Made by a program: the position numbers and the translations under genes
Shown here: one piece after another, positions 12,230-24,900 of the stretch
How positions within the stretch are numbered: position 1 is the first letter of the stretch
Layout of the letters: every line of letters begins with the position of its first letter
Notes under the pieces: generated by a model
The model's database searches: none
Told to the model about the DNA's origin: nothing
Seen by the model: only the letters and a program-made list of their open reading frames with translations
Assembly (NCBI GenBank): GCA_013239625.1
Contig: MU053520.1
Location: 1,083,103 to 1,147,102, forward strand
Source of the DNA: Lama guanicoe
Lineage: Eukaryota
Length of the DNA stretch: 64,000 nucleotides
Direction of reading: 5' to 3'

Positions 12230-14214
12230 GTTTCTACTGATTTTTCAAGTTCATTAAACTTTCATCTACATGTTTAAAATACTATTAATAACTTCCAAGG
12301 CATTTTTCACGTCAACCATTGTATTTTTCACCCTAGGAGTATTAGTAGGGTCTTTTTATATCTTCTATGTCTCTATCTAACAAAATCAATTCTTCTTTCA
12401 ACTTTCTGAACATATAAAATTATAACAACTATGTAAACGTCTTTGTCTAATTCTACCATCTGTGTCATTTCTGCATGCTTCTACCGATTGAATTTTCTCA
12501 TTATGCGTCATATTTTCCTGCTTTTTGGCATGCCTGGACATTTGTGAATAAATGACAAAAACATTGTGATTTTCACCATTTTGTGTGCTCCTTATTTTGT
12601 CATCCTATAAATAGCCTTAGCTTTGTTTGAGACATGATTAAGTCATATGGAATCAATTTGATTATTCCAAAGCCTGCTTTTAAGCCTTTTTAGGTGACAT
12701 CAGAGAAGATGAATTGATGAGATTTATTTTTTAACCCTGGCTGGTGGGAACACTGACACTGTGTGAGCTCTGAGAGGGGTGCTCCCTCTTCATGCATGGC
12801 TCTCTCGCCAAAATCTTGGATGGTTTGGCACTGAGCAACACTCAGTGAGGACTCAAATGGGACTTTATGTAGATCTATGAAGTACTCTATGTAGCTCTCT
12901 CCTCTTCAAATCACTATTCTGTGTCCTTGAACTGCCAGGGACTCTCTGAACTCAAAGCTCTGCTCCTCAACTCAAGGAGACTCTATATTCTGACCACATT
13001 CTCCCTACTTGTGCCATTGCCTGGAAACTCTCTCAGGAAGTAACATGGGGCAATCATATTATTCACTTCATTCATTACCCGTCTGTCAGCTTTCACTGTC
13101 CTGTGTTGACTGATGTCCCACATCAGAAAACCATTGTTTTACATATTTTGTCCAATTTTTTGATTGCTTGAGGTGGGTGGATAAACTGGATCTTCATGAC
13201 CCTACCTTGGCCAAAAACAAATACAGATGCTTGATAAATTATTTATTTTACAGTTGGATTTTCTTGGTCTAGTTAGTAGTCCCATATCCCATACCTTTGA
13301 AATAATTTTTTTTCTTTTGCTTTTCAGAATGTCTTTTACTTTTGTATTATAATTGCATGCAAGAATTTAGTCATCTAGGAGTGGAAAGGTCTGTGGTATG
13401 TCACGTCAAGTGTTTTGATTCATGTTTTAATGAATTTGTTACAATGCTCCCATTGGAATTCTCAAGCAGTACCTATGAGGGACCATTTCAGTGAATATCA
13501 AACTGTCTTTAATGATTAGAGGGACAGGAAATATTTAGTATAGGATAGAGAAAGTCCCTGGTGACACGAAAGCTAGTGTCTGACATTATAGTAGCATTCA
13601 GGTTGTTTTAGTTAAGTCTTTGCGATTGAAAAGAACAGAGCCTTTCTTAAATTAACTAGAGTGAAATAGGGTGGTTATTATAATAATCAATATGGTAGAT
13701 AGGAAATCATCCAAGAAGAGAGATTACTGTATGAATGGGCTCCACTGAAACTTAAACTAAATCCAGAAACAGGAATATGATTTCTTTGCCCTTCAATCTG
13801 TTTTACTACTATTCTATTTCTACTATTAATATTACTATTCCCTCTACCTTTTTTTTTTTTGGTTCCCTTTTAGTGTCTTCTTGATACTTATTCCACCGTC
13901 AGCTAGCTCTGTTTTCCTCTCTTCTGTACTGAATTTCTCTCTCCCCAAGACTCTGCTTCCTCAGACTGTCTTCCTGACCTTTATTTAAACTTTTTATGAC
14001 ATCTATTCTAAGTTTCACCCTTTCTCTGTAGATAGAGCATTTTCATTTTTATTCCACCACCAACTATTTAAGCCACTTGATCATTTGCATTTGAAGTAGC
14101 CAAGAATAAGAATTTCATTGTTCTAACTTATCTTTTGGCATAAGATCATACCAAAGTTGACAGTTTAGCCTTTGAGTTGGCTGCCTAGTGGTCAAATCGG
14201 CAAACATTTAAAGC

Positions 14215-14362
14215 TTCAAAATATAGTCAATATTTTATAATAACTATTAATGGTATATAACTTTTAAAGTTGTGATTCACTGTGTTGTACACTTGTAACT
14301 TACATAATATACATCAACTGCGCTTTGATAATTATACACATAGATAAATAAATAATAAAAAG
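14215..14362 (+). mobile_element. Short LINE-1 3' terminal fragment
   Basis: aatatagtcaatattttataataactat...tcactgtgttgtacacttgtaactt...catcaact followed by an A-rich tail. Confidence 0.75.
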
Positions 14363-17300
14363 ATAAGTCATCTATATTTCCTCATTAATAACTATATAGG
14401 TGGTGCAACTTTCTTTGAAAGGTATTGTGAACCTAGAAAACACTGTGATTTACAAATCAGGTACAAATAGGGAAAAGGAAGAAGAGAATTTGTAAAAAAG
14501 TAGATTTTGATTCAAAGGAATGACTGTCTGAAAGAGGTGCTATTTGAGATGCTTTGCTTGAGAGCCAAACATTGCACAGGGTGGAATCTTTAGGTTTAAT
14601 CTTGAAATTTTGATTTTTAAGTGTTTGAGATTATATTAGAATTATTCCAAATCATTGGAATATTTTTCAACTTCCATAGTATCTTCAATGATGGCATAAC
14701 TTCAAATACTAAAATTTGGGGTATGATTTCCAAAAAAAATGTTTTGAAAGGACATGGGATTCCAACCACTTATGATTCTTTCTTACTTTATCAGGGTTAA
14801 TTATGTAATAAGACCAGAGGTAACGATGAGTCAATTCCGGATGTTTTGCAAATAGCAAACATTTTCTCAAGATTGTTCTGAAATGTAAAATTCAAAAGTG
14901 AAGAACTAAATGATCCTTTTTTTTTAAAATCCTGACATCTTTTCTTATAACTAGGAAAACTTCCAGAGAAGTGTCTGATAACAGTTGTCTCTGAAATGTC
15001 TCTTATTCACCCTCTGTTGCCAAGAAGCCATCATGCTTTTCTTAATGACATTTTTTTTTCACAACTGTAATTGTCAATGAGTCAATATCTACTTTTACCA
15101 AATATCTGATATGGTAGATAAGGGGAAAAATGTCTCACAAAATAGGGCAATATTCTCTTAAATGTATAATATTACAATCTATGAGATTAATCATAAAACT
15201 AAATCATTAGACTCAGAAGCTTAGATACATAGAAAAAATTATTCAGTGTTTATGTCAAAATATTCTGGTTGATCATATCATATCTGAGATGTTTTAAATG
15301 TAAAAGCTGTTACATTGTCCGAAAGGAAGAGGTTAAACAATTGCAAGAAAAAAAAAACTTTTGCTGAATAAGAATTTTAAGATAGTCTAATTGAGCATAT
15401 TTTCAGACAAATGTTTGCAGAAATCCTCTTCTGCTGAAATAATTATTAAAGTAAAAAAAAAAAGAGTCAATATCGCTGTTCCCTATTCCTGCAGAAGGAG
15501 AAGAAATGTAATAGCCAGGCACTGGCAGGTCATTAAATTAAAAGCAATTGTGATAGTTAACTATCTAGAAACAGAAATCTAAATCTGAAACACAGCTGTA
15601 ATCACTCTCTGGAAAAATCTCTAGTATTAAACACTCGACAAGAAGGACAGGCTGACAACATAGTAAAATCCTTTCCATTAAATTCAGACTGTTACCCCTG
15701 ATGGAGATTCAGGCATCATTAGTTTTTGGTGCATAATTTTGTTATCTCTCATTAGACAGAGGGCTGTGTATGCATTTCTTTCACTGAATTGATTTCAATG
15801 GTTAGATTTTTAAATCTGTTGCTTTTAAAATTACCTAGTAGTATAATAACTTCCCATCAAGAAATTTCATTGTGAAAACTTTGGTTGTCACCATGAATTG
15901 TGTTGGCTTAAAACAAATATCACCCTTTTACAGCATTTTCCTTTGAGTGGGTGGGAGAAACACCTTATATCATTGCATTAGTTTGCTCATCCATATGCAG
16001 ATGTAATTACTTTTCCTACATCTTTTCAAAGTTTCTGAGGAAAACAGCAACAAGAAAATTTGTAAGAATAAACATAAGGTAGGATTTGTACAAGTTTAAT
16101 GACAACTGGAAAAAACTGTCCATATGCAGAGTATAAAAGGAAGAACCATTAAAACTTGTAGTGAGAGAGATGCACTACTTTTTCCAGCCTGTAACAGTTT
16201 CTTTAAACTTGTATCAATTATCACTTTGGCTTCCATCTTTTTTTCCCTTCTTACATGCAAACCCCACCACGATTACCATCATTATCTTCAACATGATGAT
16301 CAGTTGTTCTCCATTATCACTCAGAGCTTCAGTTTTGTTCTCAACTTCTGTAAGGGTTCAGAGACACAGCACCTAAAACAGTGCTGCTTGTTTATAACCT
16401 TCTAAAGATAATAACACATCTCTCATAAAATGAACGTATCAAAGATATTAACTCATCAGATAAGGAAGCAACGTTAAAACTTGTTCAACTGAGAATTTAA
16501 AGAGCTATTTATAGAATACTGAATACAGAAATGTTATGATAAGATTGCTGAATGAAATACAAAACTGAGTAACACAAAATTGGTTAATAAACCATAACCT
16601 TTGTGGTTATCTATTGTAGTGGGAAAAAATTTGCATCTCTACCCAGTGTGTATCTACAAATTAATCTATGCCCCTTCATAGTTATGAAAAATGGATAAAC
16701 TCAGCACTGCATTAAAAGAATATGCAATAATCTCTATTGTCTTTTCCAAATTTTCATAATATTCTGACAGTGACCTGAACATAGCTGACATTTATTAAAC
16801 ATATGTGGAATTGGATGAATGGAGACCAGGCAGATCTGGTGTTCATATCACATTGTTGGGATATCACTGGTTAAAAACAGTTCTGATTAAAGGCCATATG
16901 ATTGTTGTCAAGCAGTCTCCAAGGACAAATAGCCAGTTCAAGAAGGTCAGGGGGTGGAGAACAGAAATGTAACTGCTTTCTGCAAAGCTGAGAAAATAGT
17001 CTTGGGTAATGTATAAATGTCACTGCTCTTGTGATGTCTTGAAAGCTTGAAAGAGCTAAAGCTATTTTGCAGGCTTTGGAGATTAGAAAGTAGTTTTTGC
17101 ACTTATCATGATGAAGATACTCCTCTGTATGGAACCCACTATAAATTGGGGCTTCTTTTTAAGTCTTAGGTTGTAAGAGAGTTGTAAGATCAAAAGTTCA
17201 AATTTGAGCAAAGTTTGCCTCAAAAATTGTGGTGTGATTTATTTTCTGTCAAGTTTATTTATCTTTTTTCTCCTAATATTTGAATTTAACTTTGCACCCT

Positions 17301-17839
17301 GAAACTCTGCTTACCTTCCCCAGTTGTAAAGGTAAGCCAGGCATTAGCTTTTTAAAAATCTTGTTTAAAAATATGTGTAAAAGTTAATAAAATTTGATGA
17401 TTCTATGCAGACTCTTTAAAACCTGCTTTCTTCTTTTGAACATCTACTATGAGGTATTTCCTTCTATAAACAGTAATATGGCTCCTCTTAAAGTTAAATT
17501 TTGTCAAATTCTGTGACATTTTTATTAGATTGAATTTCTGTGATTATTTTTAGAATTCCATAACTTTTAGTAAATTTCTGTTTTTATAATTTCTGTTAAA
17601 TGATTTAAGTAATTTTAAAACATTTTAAATAGATTGACAGATTTTTACCCAGAAAAAAATTAATTTACCCTCCCATCAAAAATGTAAAAAAGGCTTAATT
17701 CTCAAACACTTATCCTGTTGACAATTTGAAAGCTGAGAGAGATATTTAAATTTTGTTTTTAATTTTCACATATTTGATTACAGGATATAATATATATTCA
17801 GGTGATTATTAATTTAAATATTATTTTGAGTAGAAGACA

Positions 17840-18065
17840 TTTTTCGTTTGCCCCTCCAGAATCGCTTCTCCCCACTTCACCTCCCTGCTCTCTGCCGTGG
17901 AATGCTGCTGCTTTACAGAATGCATCAACAGGCAAACCTCTACCTCTGCACCCAGCTGCATTTAGCTAATAGGAGGCACTGGCAAAAGATGGAATGGTGG
18001 TAGTAATATTAAGCCCTTTAATCCCAGTTGCCTTTCTTCTGCTTTCCGTGTATTGGATGTACCTG
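17840..18065. mobile_element. Ancient ERVL LTR fragment (LTR33-like)
   Basis: gtttgcccctccaga...gcatcaacagg...ctaataggaggcactggcaaaagat resembles the LTR33 family. Confidence 0.5.
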
Positions 18066-18069
18066 TCTA

Positions 18070-18514
18070 AGTAGTGGAGTCTGTAGGCACGCTTCATGTT
18101 TCCTCTTTGCTAAAATAATGTACTCATCCCCCAGCTGCCATGCTGATTGCTAACGGCTGCCCCTTGGCCACAAAATTGGCCTTGACCAAATGGGAATCAC
18201 CTTGCCCAGGAAATTATGCCTATGCCCCTCTGGGCAGCTAACAGGCAATTACCAACTTACATGGGATACACAGGTTGCCCCCTCCTTCCCTCAAATGGAA
18301 CCAGCTCTGAGGTAATTAGTACTCCAGACCTCTCCGTGGTATCAGGCTGAACATTCTCTCCTGCTGAAGCCACATAATGGCTTATTTTTATTTTTTTTCT
18401 TCCTTGTTCTTTTCTGCTTTACTCATTTACCTTTCTCTAAAGAGCACTCTCTCAATAAATTTACTGCCAAAGAATCCTTGTCCCAGGCACTGCTAAGGAC
18501 TTTGACCTAATACC
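18070..18514 (+). mobile_element. ERVL 5' LTR (LTR16 family)
   Basis: gagcactctctcaataaat...aagaatccttgtcccaggcactgct...gacctaatac matches the LTR16 3' end. It is followed by ctagtaccagga, a degenerate primer-binding-site-like sequence. Confidence 0.8.
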
Positions 18515-19119
18515 ACTAGTACCAGGATGAATCTTAAAGAGCAGATTCTAAAGATGAGTTTGGTTCTTATGAAACGAGAACCCCATCAGTGGTGACAGGC
18601 GGACGTGTTGATGGGCCATGGCATGCTGTAGGTGTGCAATCTGAAAAATGTTATCTCTGGGGAAAGGAGACTGGAAAGAAGTGGAAGGGAATGTGCTCTC
18701 TGGGGAATGTCTCTTGCACTTGAGGAGGATGGACAAAGGAGTATAAGAACTGTGGTGCTGGATATGTGCTGTGAAGTATTATTGATTCATTGAAAGTGAA
18801 GTGACAAGCTCAGGTCTAGTCATCAATGTAAAGCACATTGTGAGGTTCAGAAGGGCCTCTTTGGCTGCATCACAATGATCTCCATCTCCTGCGGCTGGTG
18901 CACAGTCGGGGCCAAAAATCAGGCACAAGGCATCCTTATAAGGTGGCAGAACCTCAGAGAAGGCTGGCCATTCAGCCTCGGTAAGTTTCCTTGACAGGGA
19001 AGTATCAGGGTGTTTATATGGGGATAGGAATATATGCGCAGATGCACTTAGACTTGAATGCCCTGATTACTCTGATAATGCTGCACCTGCAGAAATGAGC
19101 CATTCCTCCCCGCCCCCTT

Positions 19120-22100
19120 TATTTGGTTGCATCATATATTTTTAAACTGAAATACAGTTTACTTACAGTTTTAGGTGTGCAATATAGTAATTCAATATTT
19201 TTATAGACTATATACCTACAAAGTTATTAGATTGACTATACTCCCTGTGCTGAACATTGCATCCTTGTAACTTATTTATTTTATAATTGGGGTTTTGTAC
19301 CTCTTAATCCCCTTCACCTGTTTCACCCCTGCCCCTACCCTCCTCTCCTTTGGTAACTACTAATTTGTTCTCTGTATCTATAAGTCTGTTTCTGTTTTAC
19401 TGTATTTCTTTGGGCTTTTTTCTTGTTTTTCCCTGTTTGGGGTTTTTGTTGTTGTTTTTTAGATTCTATACATAGTGTAAACATAGAGTATTTGCCTGTC
19501 TCTGTCTGACTTAAGTATAATGCCCTCCAGGTCATTTATGTTGTCACAATGACAAGATTTCATTCCTTTTATGGATGAATAATATTACACTATCTTCTTT
19601 ATATATTCATCTATCAGTGGATTTATATTGGAAATAATATTGCTATGAACATTGGGGTGCATATAACTTTTCAAATTAGTGTTTTCATTTTCTTCAGATA
19701 AACACCAGGAGTGGAGCTGCTGGATCGTGTATAGTTCTATTTTTAGTTTTTTGAGGAAACACCATACTGTTTTCCATAGTGGCTGCACCAATTTACATTC
19801 CCAACAACACTGAACTAGCTTCCCTTTTCTCCACACCCTCACCAACACTTGTTATTTCTTGTCTTTTTGATAAAAGACATTTTGGTAGGTGTAACGTGCC
19901 ATCTCGTTGTTGTTTTCATTTGCATTTCTCTGATTACTAGTGATGTTGAGCATCATTTCATGTGCCTGTTGGCCATCTGTATGTCTTCTTTGAAAAATGT
20001 CTGTTTAGGCCCTCTGCCCATATTTTAATTGGATTTTTTGCTTTGTTTTGATGTTGAGTTGTGTGAGTTTTTATACATTTTAGATAGTAAGCCCGTATCA
20101 GATACGTTGTTGGCAAGTATCTTCTCCCATTCAGTGGACTGCCTTTGCATTTTGTTGATTGTTTTCTTTGCTGTACGAATGTTTTTTTAGTTTAGTTAGG
20201 CTCCATTTGTTTACTTTTATTGTTGTTTCCCTTGCCTGAGGAGACAGATCCAAATATATATATATATATATTTCTAAGACTGTTGTCAAGAGCACACTGC
20301 CTATATTTTCTTCTAAGAGTTTCATGGTTTCAGGTCTTACATTGAAGTCTTTAATCCATTTGGAGTTTATTTTTTATGGGGTGAGAAAATGTTCTAGTTT
20401 CATTCTTTTTCATGTAGCTATTCAGTTTTCCCAGCACCACTTACTGAGGAGAATGTCTTTTCCCTATTGTATATTCTTGCCTCCTTTTTCATAGATTAAT
20501 TGACCATACATGTGAGGGTTTCTTTCTGGGTTCTCTGTTCTGTTTCATTGATCTACATATCTGTTAATTGTTCTAGTACCATACTGTTTTTAATACTGTG
20601 TGTTTTTTTTAATATAGTCTAAAGTCAGGGAGCATGGTTCTTTCGGCTTTATTCCTTCTTCTCAAAGTTACTTTGGCTATTCAGAGGCTCTTGTGTTTCC
20701 ATACAAATTTTAGGATCATTTGTTCTAGTTCTGTGGAAAATGCTATGGACATTTTGATAGGAATTGCATTGATTCTGTAGATTGCTTTGGGTAGTAAGGA
20801 TATTTTAACAATATTAATTCTTCTAATCCTGGACAAAAGATATCTTTTTATGTATTTGTATCATCTTCAGTTTTCTGCATCAATGTTTTGTAGTTTTGAG
20901 AGTATATTTCTTCTGCTTTCTTTTAGAATTTATTTTGAGTTATTTTATTATTTTTGACTTGATCATAAATGGGACAGTTTTCTTGATTTCTTTTTCAGAT
21001 AGTGCATTATTAGTGTATAGAAATGCAACTGATTCTGTATATTAATTTTGTATTTTGTAACTTCACTGAATTCTTTATTCATTCTAATAGTTTTTTGGTG
21101 GAGTCTTTAGGGTTTTCTATATATATTATTATGTCATCTGCAAATAATGACAGTTTTTCTTCTTCTCTTTCAGTTTAGATGCCTTTTATTTCTTTTTCTG
21201 ATCTGATTTATGTGGTCTTCCAATACCAATTTAAGTAGAAGTGATGAGAGTGGGTATCCTTGTCTTATTCCTTATCTTAGAGGAAAAGCATCCGCTTTTT
21301 CATTATTCAGTATGATGGTAGCTGTGGGTTTGTCATTAATGGCATTTACTATGTTGTATGTTCCCCTATATCAAATTTGTTGAGAGTTTTTTTTTATCAT
21401 GAATGGATTTGAATTTTGTCTGTTGAAACGATCAGGTGACCTTTATTCTTTATTTTCTTAATGTGGTGCATTGCACTGATTGACTAGCGGACGTTGAATC
21501 ACCTATGCATCCCTGTAATAAATCCCACCTGATCACAATAAATGCTCCTCATATGTGGTTGAATTATTCTGTTGAGGATTTTTCTGTTTCTGTTTCTCTT
21601 TGCAGTATCTTGGTTTTGACATCAGGGTAATGTTGGACTCATAAAATGATTTTGGGAGTGTTTCTTCCTCTTCAATTTTTTGGAATAGATTGAGAAATGT
21701 TAAGTATTAACCCCTTTTTAAAAGTGTGATAGAATTCCCCTGTGAAGCCATCTGGTCCTTAACTTTCATTTATTGGGAGTATTTGTTTGTTACCGATTTG
21801 ATTTCATTACTAGTGATTGGTCTGTGCAGATTTTCTATTTCTTTCTGATTAAGCCTTGAAAGATTTTATGTTCCTAGGTTGTCCAATTGGTTGGCATAGA
21901 ACTGCTCATAGTATTCTCTTATGATTGTATTTCTGTGATATCAGTTATAAATTCTCTTCTTTCATTTCTAACTTAATGTATTTGTGACTGCTGTTATTTT
22001 TTCTTGATGAGTTAGGCTGGAGGTTTAATAAGTTTGTATGTCTTTTCAAAAAACTAGCTCTTAGTTTCATTGATCCTTTTTATTTATTTATTTTTTTGTC

Positions 22101-22850
22101 TCTATCTCACTTATTTCCACTCTGATATTTTTTGCTTGCTTTCTTCTGCTGACTTTGGGTTTGCTTTGGTTCTTCTTTTTCTAATTCCTTTAGGTGGAAA
22201 GTTAGAGTGTTTATTTTAATATTTCCTGTTTCTTGAGATAAGCCTTTATCACTATAAATTTTCTTCTTAGAACTGCTTTTATGATTTTGCAAAGTTGCAT
22301 TTCTATTTTCATTCATTGCAAGGCACTTTTTGATTTCCTCTTTCAATTTTTTGTTGATCTGTTGATTTTAGTGGCATGTCCTTTGGCCTCTACATGTTTG
22401 TGGGATTTTTTTTTCGTTTTATTTCTTATGATTGATTTCTAGATTCATACCATTGTGATTGGAAAAGATGCTTAGTATGATTTCAATCTTAAAATTATTG
22501 AGACTTGTTTTGTGGCCTTGGATGTGACCTATCTTAGAGAAAGTTCCATGTGCCCTTGAAAAGAATGTGTATTCTGCTGTTTTTCAATGGAATGTTCTAA
22601 AGATTTCTACTAGGTCTATCTGCTATAACGTACCATTTAAAACCACTGTTTCCTTATTATATCTCTTGTATTTTCTATGTATTTATTGATTTTCTATTGG
22701 AATGATCTACTCTTTGTTGTGAAAGTGTCATTCTTTGAGTCTTTCCGTCATTTTCAGAGAGAGTTGCTCTATACGTATTTGTAATTTTAATGTGTTTGTG
22801 GGAGGAGTGAGCTCAGGGTCTTCCTATTCCACTATCTTGATCCCACCTCC
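19120..22850 (-). mobile_element. LINE-1 with 3'UTR, most of a decayed ORF2 and a ~120-nt 5' terminus joined directly to the endonuclease region
   Basis: Minus-strand ORF2 fragments (CWECKLVQPLWKTVW, KLLEENIG, HLKELEKEE). 3'UTR at ~19140-19600. The 5' terminus ggaggtgggatcaagatagtggaataggaagaccctgagctcac reads leftward from 22850 on the minus strand. Confidence 0.93.
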
Positions 22851-23184
22851 CACTCCCTTTTGTTAGAAAATAAAGTCCTTGCCTCTTGCTAAAATATTGT
22901 AGAGAAATCTCAAATTAGACACGTTCCCTATAGCATAAAGCTTGCCCTCCTGAGGATGCTACCACTCTCCCTTCTAGCTACTAGACTTATAACTAGGGTC
23001 AGATCTCAGCATTATCTGGGTCTGCTAAGGGAAAAGAATGACTATAGGCACACGAACTTCAGTACTTGGCTAATATACTGTGAGGAACCAAGATAATATA
23101 TCCAGGAATGAATTCTAAGATTGCTACATCATGGAGATTAAAATACATAACTAGATAAGGAAGTTTGTTAATATGTGGCCACTG

Positions 23185-23497
23185 CAGATGTACCTCCTTT
23201 TATTGAACTTTATTTTATTGTGTTTTTCAGATATTGCCTTTTTTAAAATAAATTGAAGTTTTATGGCAACCCAACAGTGTCAGACAATGGTTAGTATGTT
23301 TTTAGCAAAATTATTTTTTAATAAAGTATGTTTTTTAAACATAATGCTATTGCACACTTAATAGACTACAATATAGTATAAACATAATTTTTATATGCAC
23401 TGGGAAACAAAACAAATTGTGTGACTCACTTTGTTGCAGCATGTGCTTTATTACAGTGGTCTGGAATGAAACCCACAATGTCCCTGAGGTATGCCTG
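23185..23497 (+). mobile_element. Tigger1-derived non-autonomous DNA transposon (MITE; TcMar-Tigger)
   Basis: Terminal inverted repeats cagatgtacctc / gaggtatgcctg, followed by TA (left flank TG). The interior (aaattgaagttttatggcaaccc, gctattgcacacttaatagactaca, gtggtctggaatgaaaccc) matches the ends of Tigger1. Confidence 0.9.
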
Positions 23498-24524
23498 TAT
23501 TGTGATACAGGATTTAACACCCTAGCAAAAGCCCCAGGAGAGGATTCTAATACACTGCTGGAATGGCTCTTGGAAGTTTGGAACAAGTAGATGTACAGAT
23601 GCCAGAACTTCCATAGCAGACCATGAAGAGAAAATCAAAAGGCTTGGAAAGTGGACCTTTTAAAATAAATCTACTACCTAAGACAGAAAACAAAAACAAA
23701 AGCAAAAAGCATAAGCTAATGCCATTTCTCATGAGGGTCTAGAGTACATTCCATTCTATTTACAAAGATGATAAGGAATGTCCTGAGGACAGGGGTGCCA
23801 GCATCATTTAGAGGTGTAGGATAGCTGGGCTGTGAAAACAGGAGATACTAATACAAACTGGGTTCTCTAATAACAGCAAGTGTGATAAAATGCTGGGGAA
23901 ACAGAGGCCAGAAGGCAGCACTTAACCATCAGAAGCAAGGTGGGTGTGATTATAATGGTCAAGATCAGCATGGAAGCTGGAAGGCCTAACCTACAGAGAT
24001 GTTTGGAGATGCTTAATTGAATATGGTGTTCTTAGGAGCATGATAGATAAATAGCCAATGAGGGCATTGCTTAATATACAGACTAAAAATAAATCAAGAA
24101 TAGACGGGCCGAAAGCTGAGGTGAGCTGCCCGATAGAAAGCCACAATCCCTTGCCCTGAGCAGTCCTCAGACCCAGAACCAATCAGCTGAAAACATGGCT
24201 GTAGCCCAGTGAGAAAAAAAAAAAAATAAACTTTTATAAAACCATGGCAAGAGCATGCAGTCATGATTTCCACCAAAGGACCTACAACTTTTAACTCAAG
24301 TAGCCAAACCCTGGAGGAAGGGGAAGCCATATCTTTTGAGTGTCATTGAATATAGGCTCAAGCTGATGCTGCTATAGTTAACTAGAAATGTGTGAGTATC
24401 AAGTCAGAGGATGCATAGAGCCCTGGCCTAGTTCTCATTGGCAGAGTCTTCATACCAGTTCCTTGACTTGTAGACACTTGTATAGTTCTGAATTTTGTAT
24501 AGCTTTCAGATGTATTATATTCTA

Positions 24525-24900
24525 AAAACAAGAAGACTGGAAGGGTGTGTACCCTTCAAAATCAAATACAACAAAAGCAAATGAATCAAACTGTATTTCA
24601 CATACACAGCTTGACCACACTATAGGGGACAGCGTAAGGGACCAATCCAAGTCACTTTTATACATAGTAATGAACAAAAGGACACCCTGTGTCTCCTGAT
24701 ATGATGTAGCAAGAAGGATTTTTTTCCTTTGGTGTTCTGCCAAAAATGTATAACCTAAATATAATCATGAGAAAACATTAGCTAACCCAAATTGAGGCAC
24801 AGTCTAACAAACAATGGTTATATATTAAAAAAAAAAGTCATAAGAGACAAAGAAAGTACAGCACTAATCAGTTAAAGGAGACTATAGACACATGACTTAG
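24525..24900 (+). mobile_element. Old LINE-1 3' region fragment (L1MC-type)
   Basis: ctcctgatatgatg...gccaaaaatgtataacctaaatataatcatgagaaaacat...cccaaattgagg...ttaaaggagacta. Confidence 0.75.

Larger units (their letters stand above)
9776..13220 (-). mobile_element. Old, internally deleted LINE-1 (L1MB/L1MD-type) with 3' end, ORF2 pieces, ORF1 and 5' end, interrupted by a younger L1 and two LTRs
   Basis: Poly-T and 3' end at 9776-9895. ORF2 remnants at 9900-9995 and 10460-11175 (ORF 10352-10687: NIRKEKGAITTD...KQLYINKFDNLDE). ORF1-like sequence at 11195-11230 resumes at 12230. An L1M-type 5' terminus lies near 13215. Confidence 0.75.
18515..24390 (+). mobile_element. ERVL internal region (HERV16/ERV3-16-like), decayed gag in three pieces (18515-19115, 22851-23184, 23498-24390); no 3' LTR seen
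   Basis: ERVL gag-like segments, e.g. aaaaatcaggcacaag...gtggcagaacctcagagaagg, gatacaggatttaacaccctagcaa...ctgctggaatggctcttggaag and cagaagcaaggtggg...atggtgttcttagg. No open frame remains. Confidence 0.75.
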
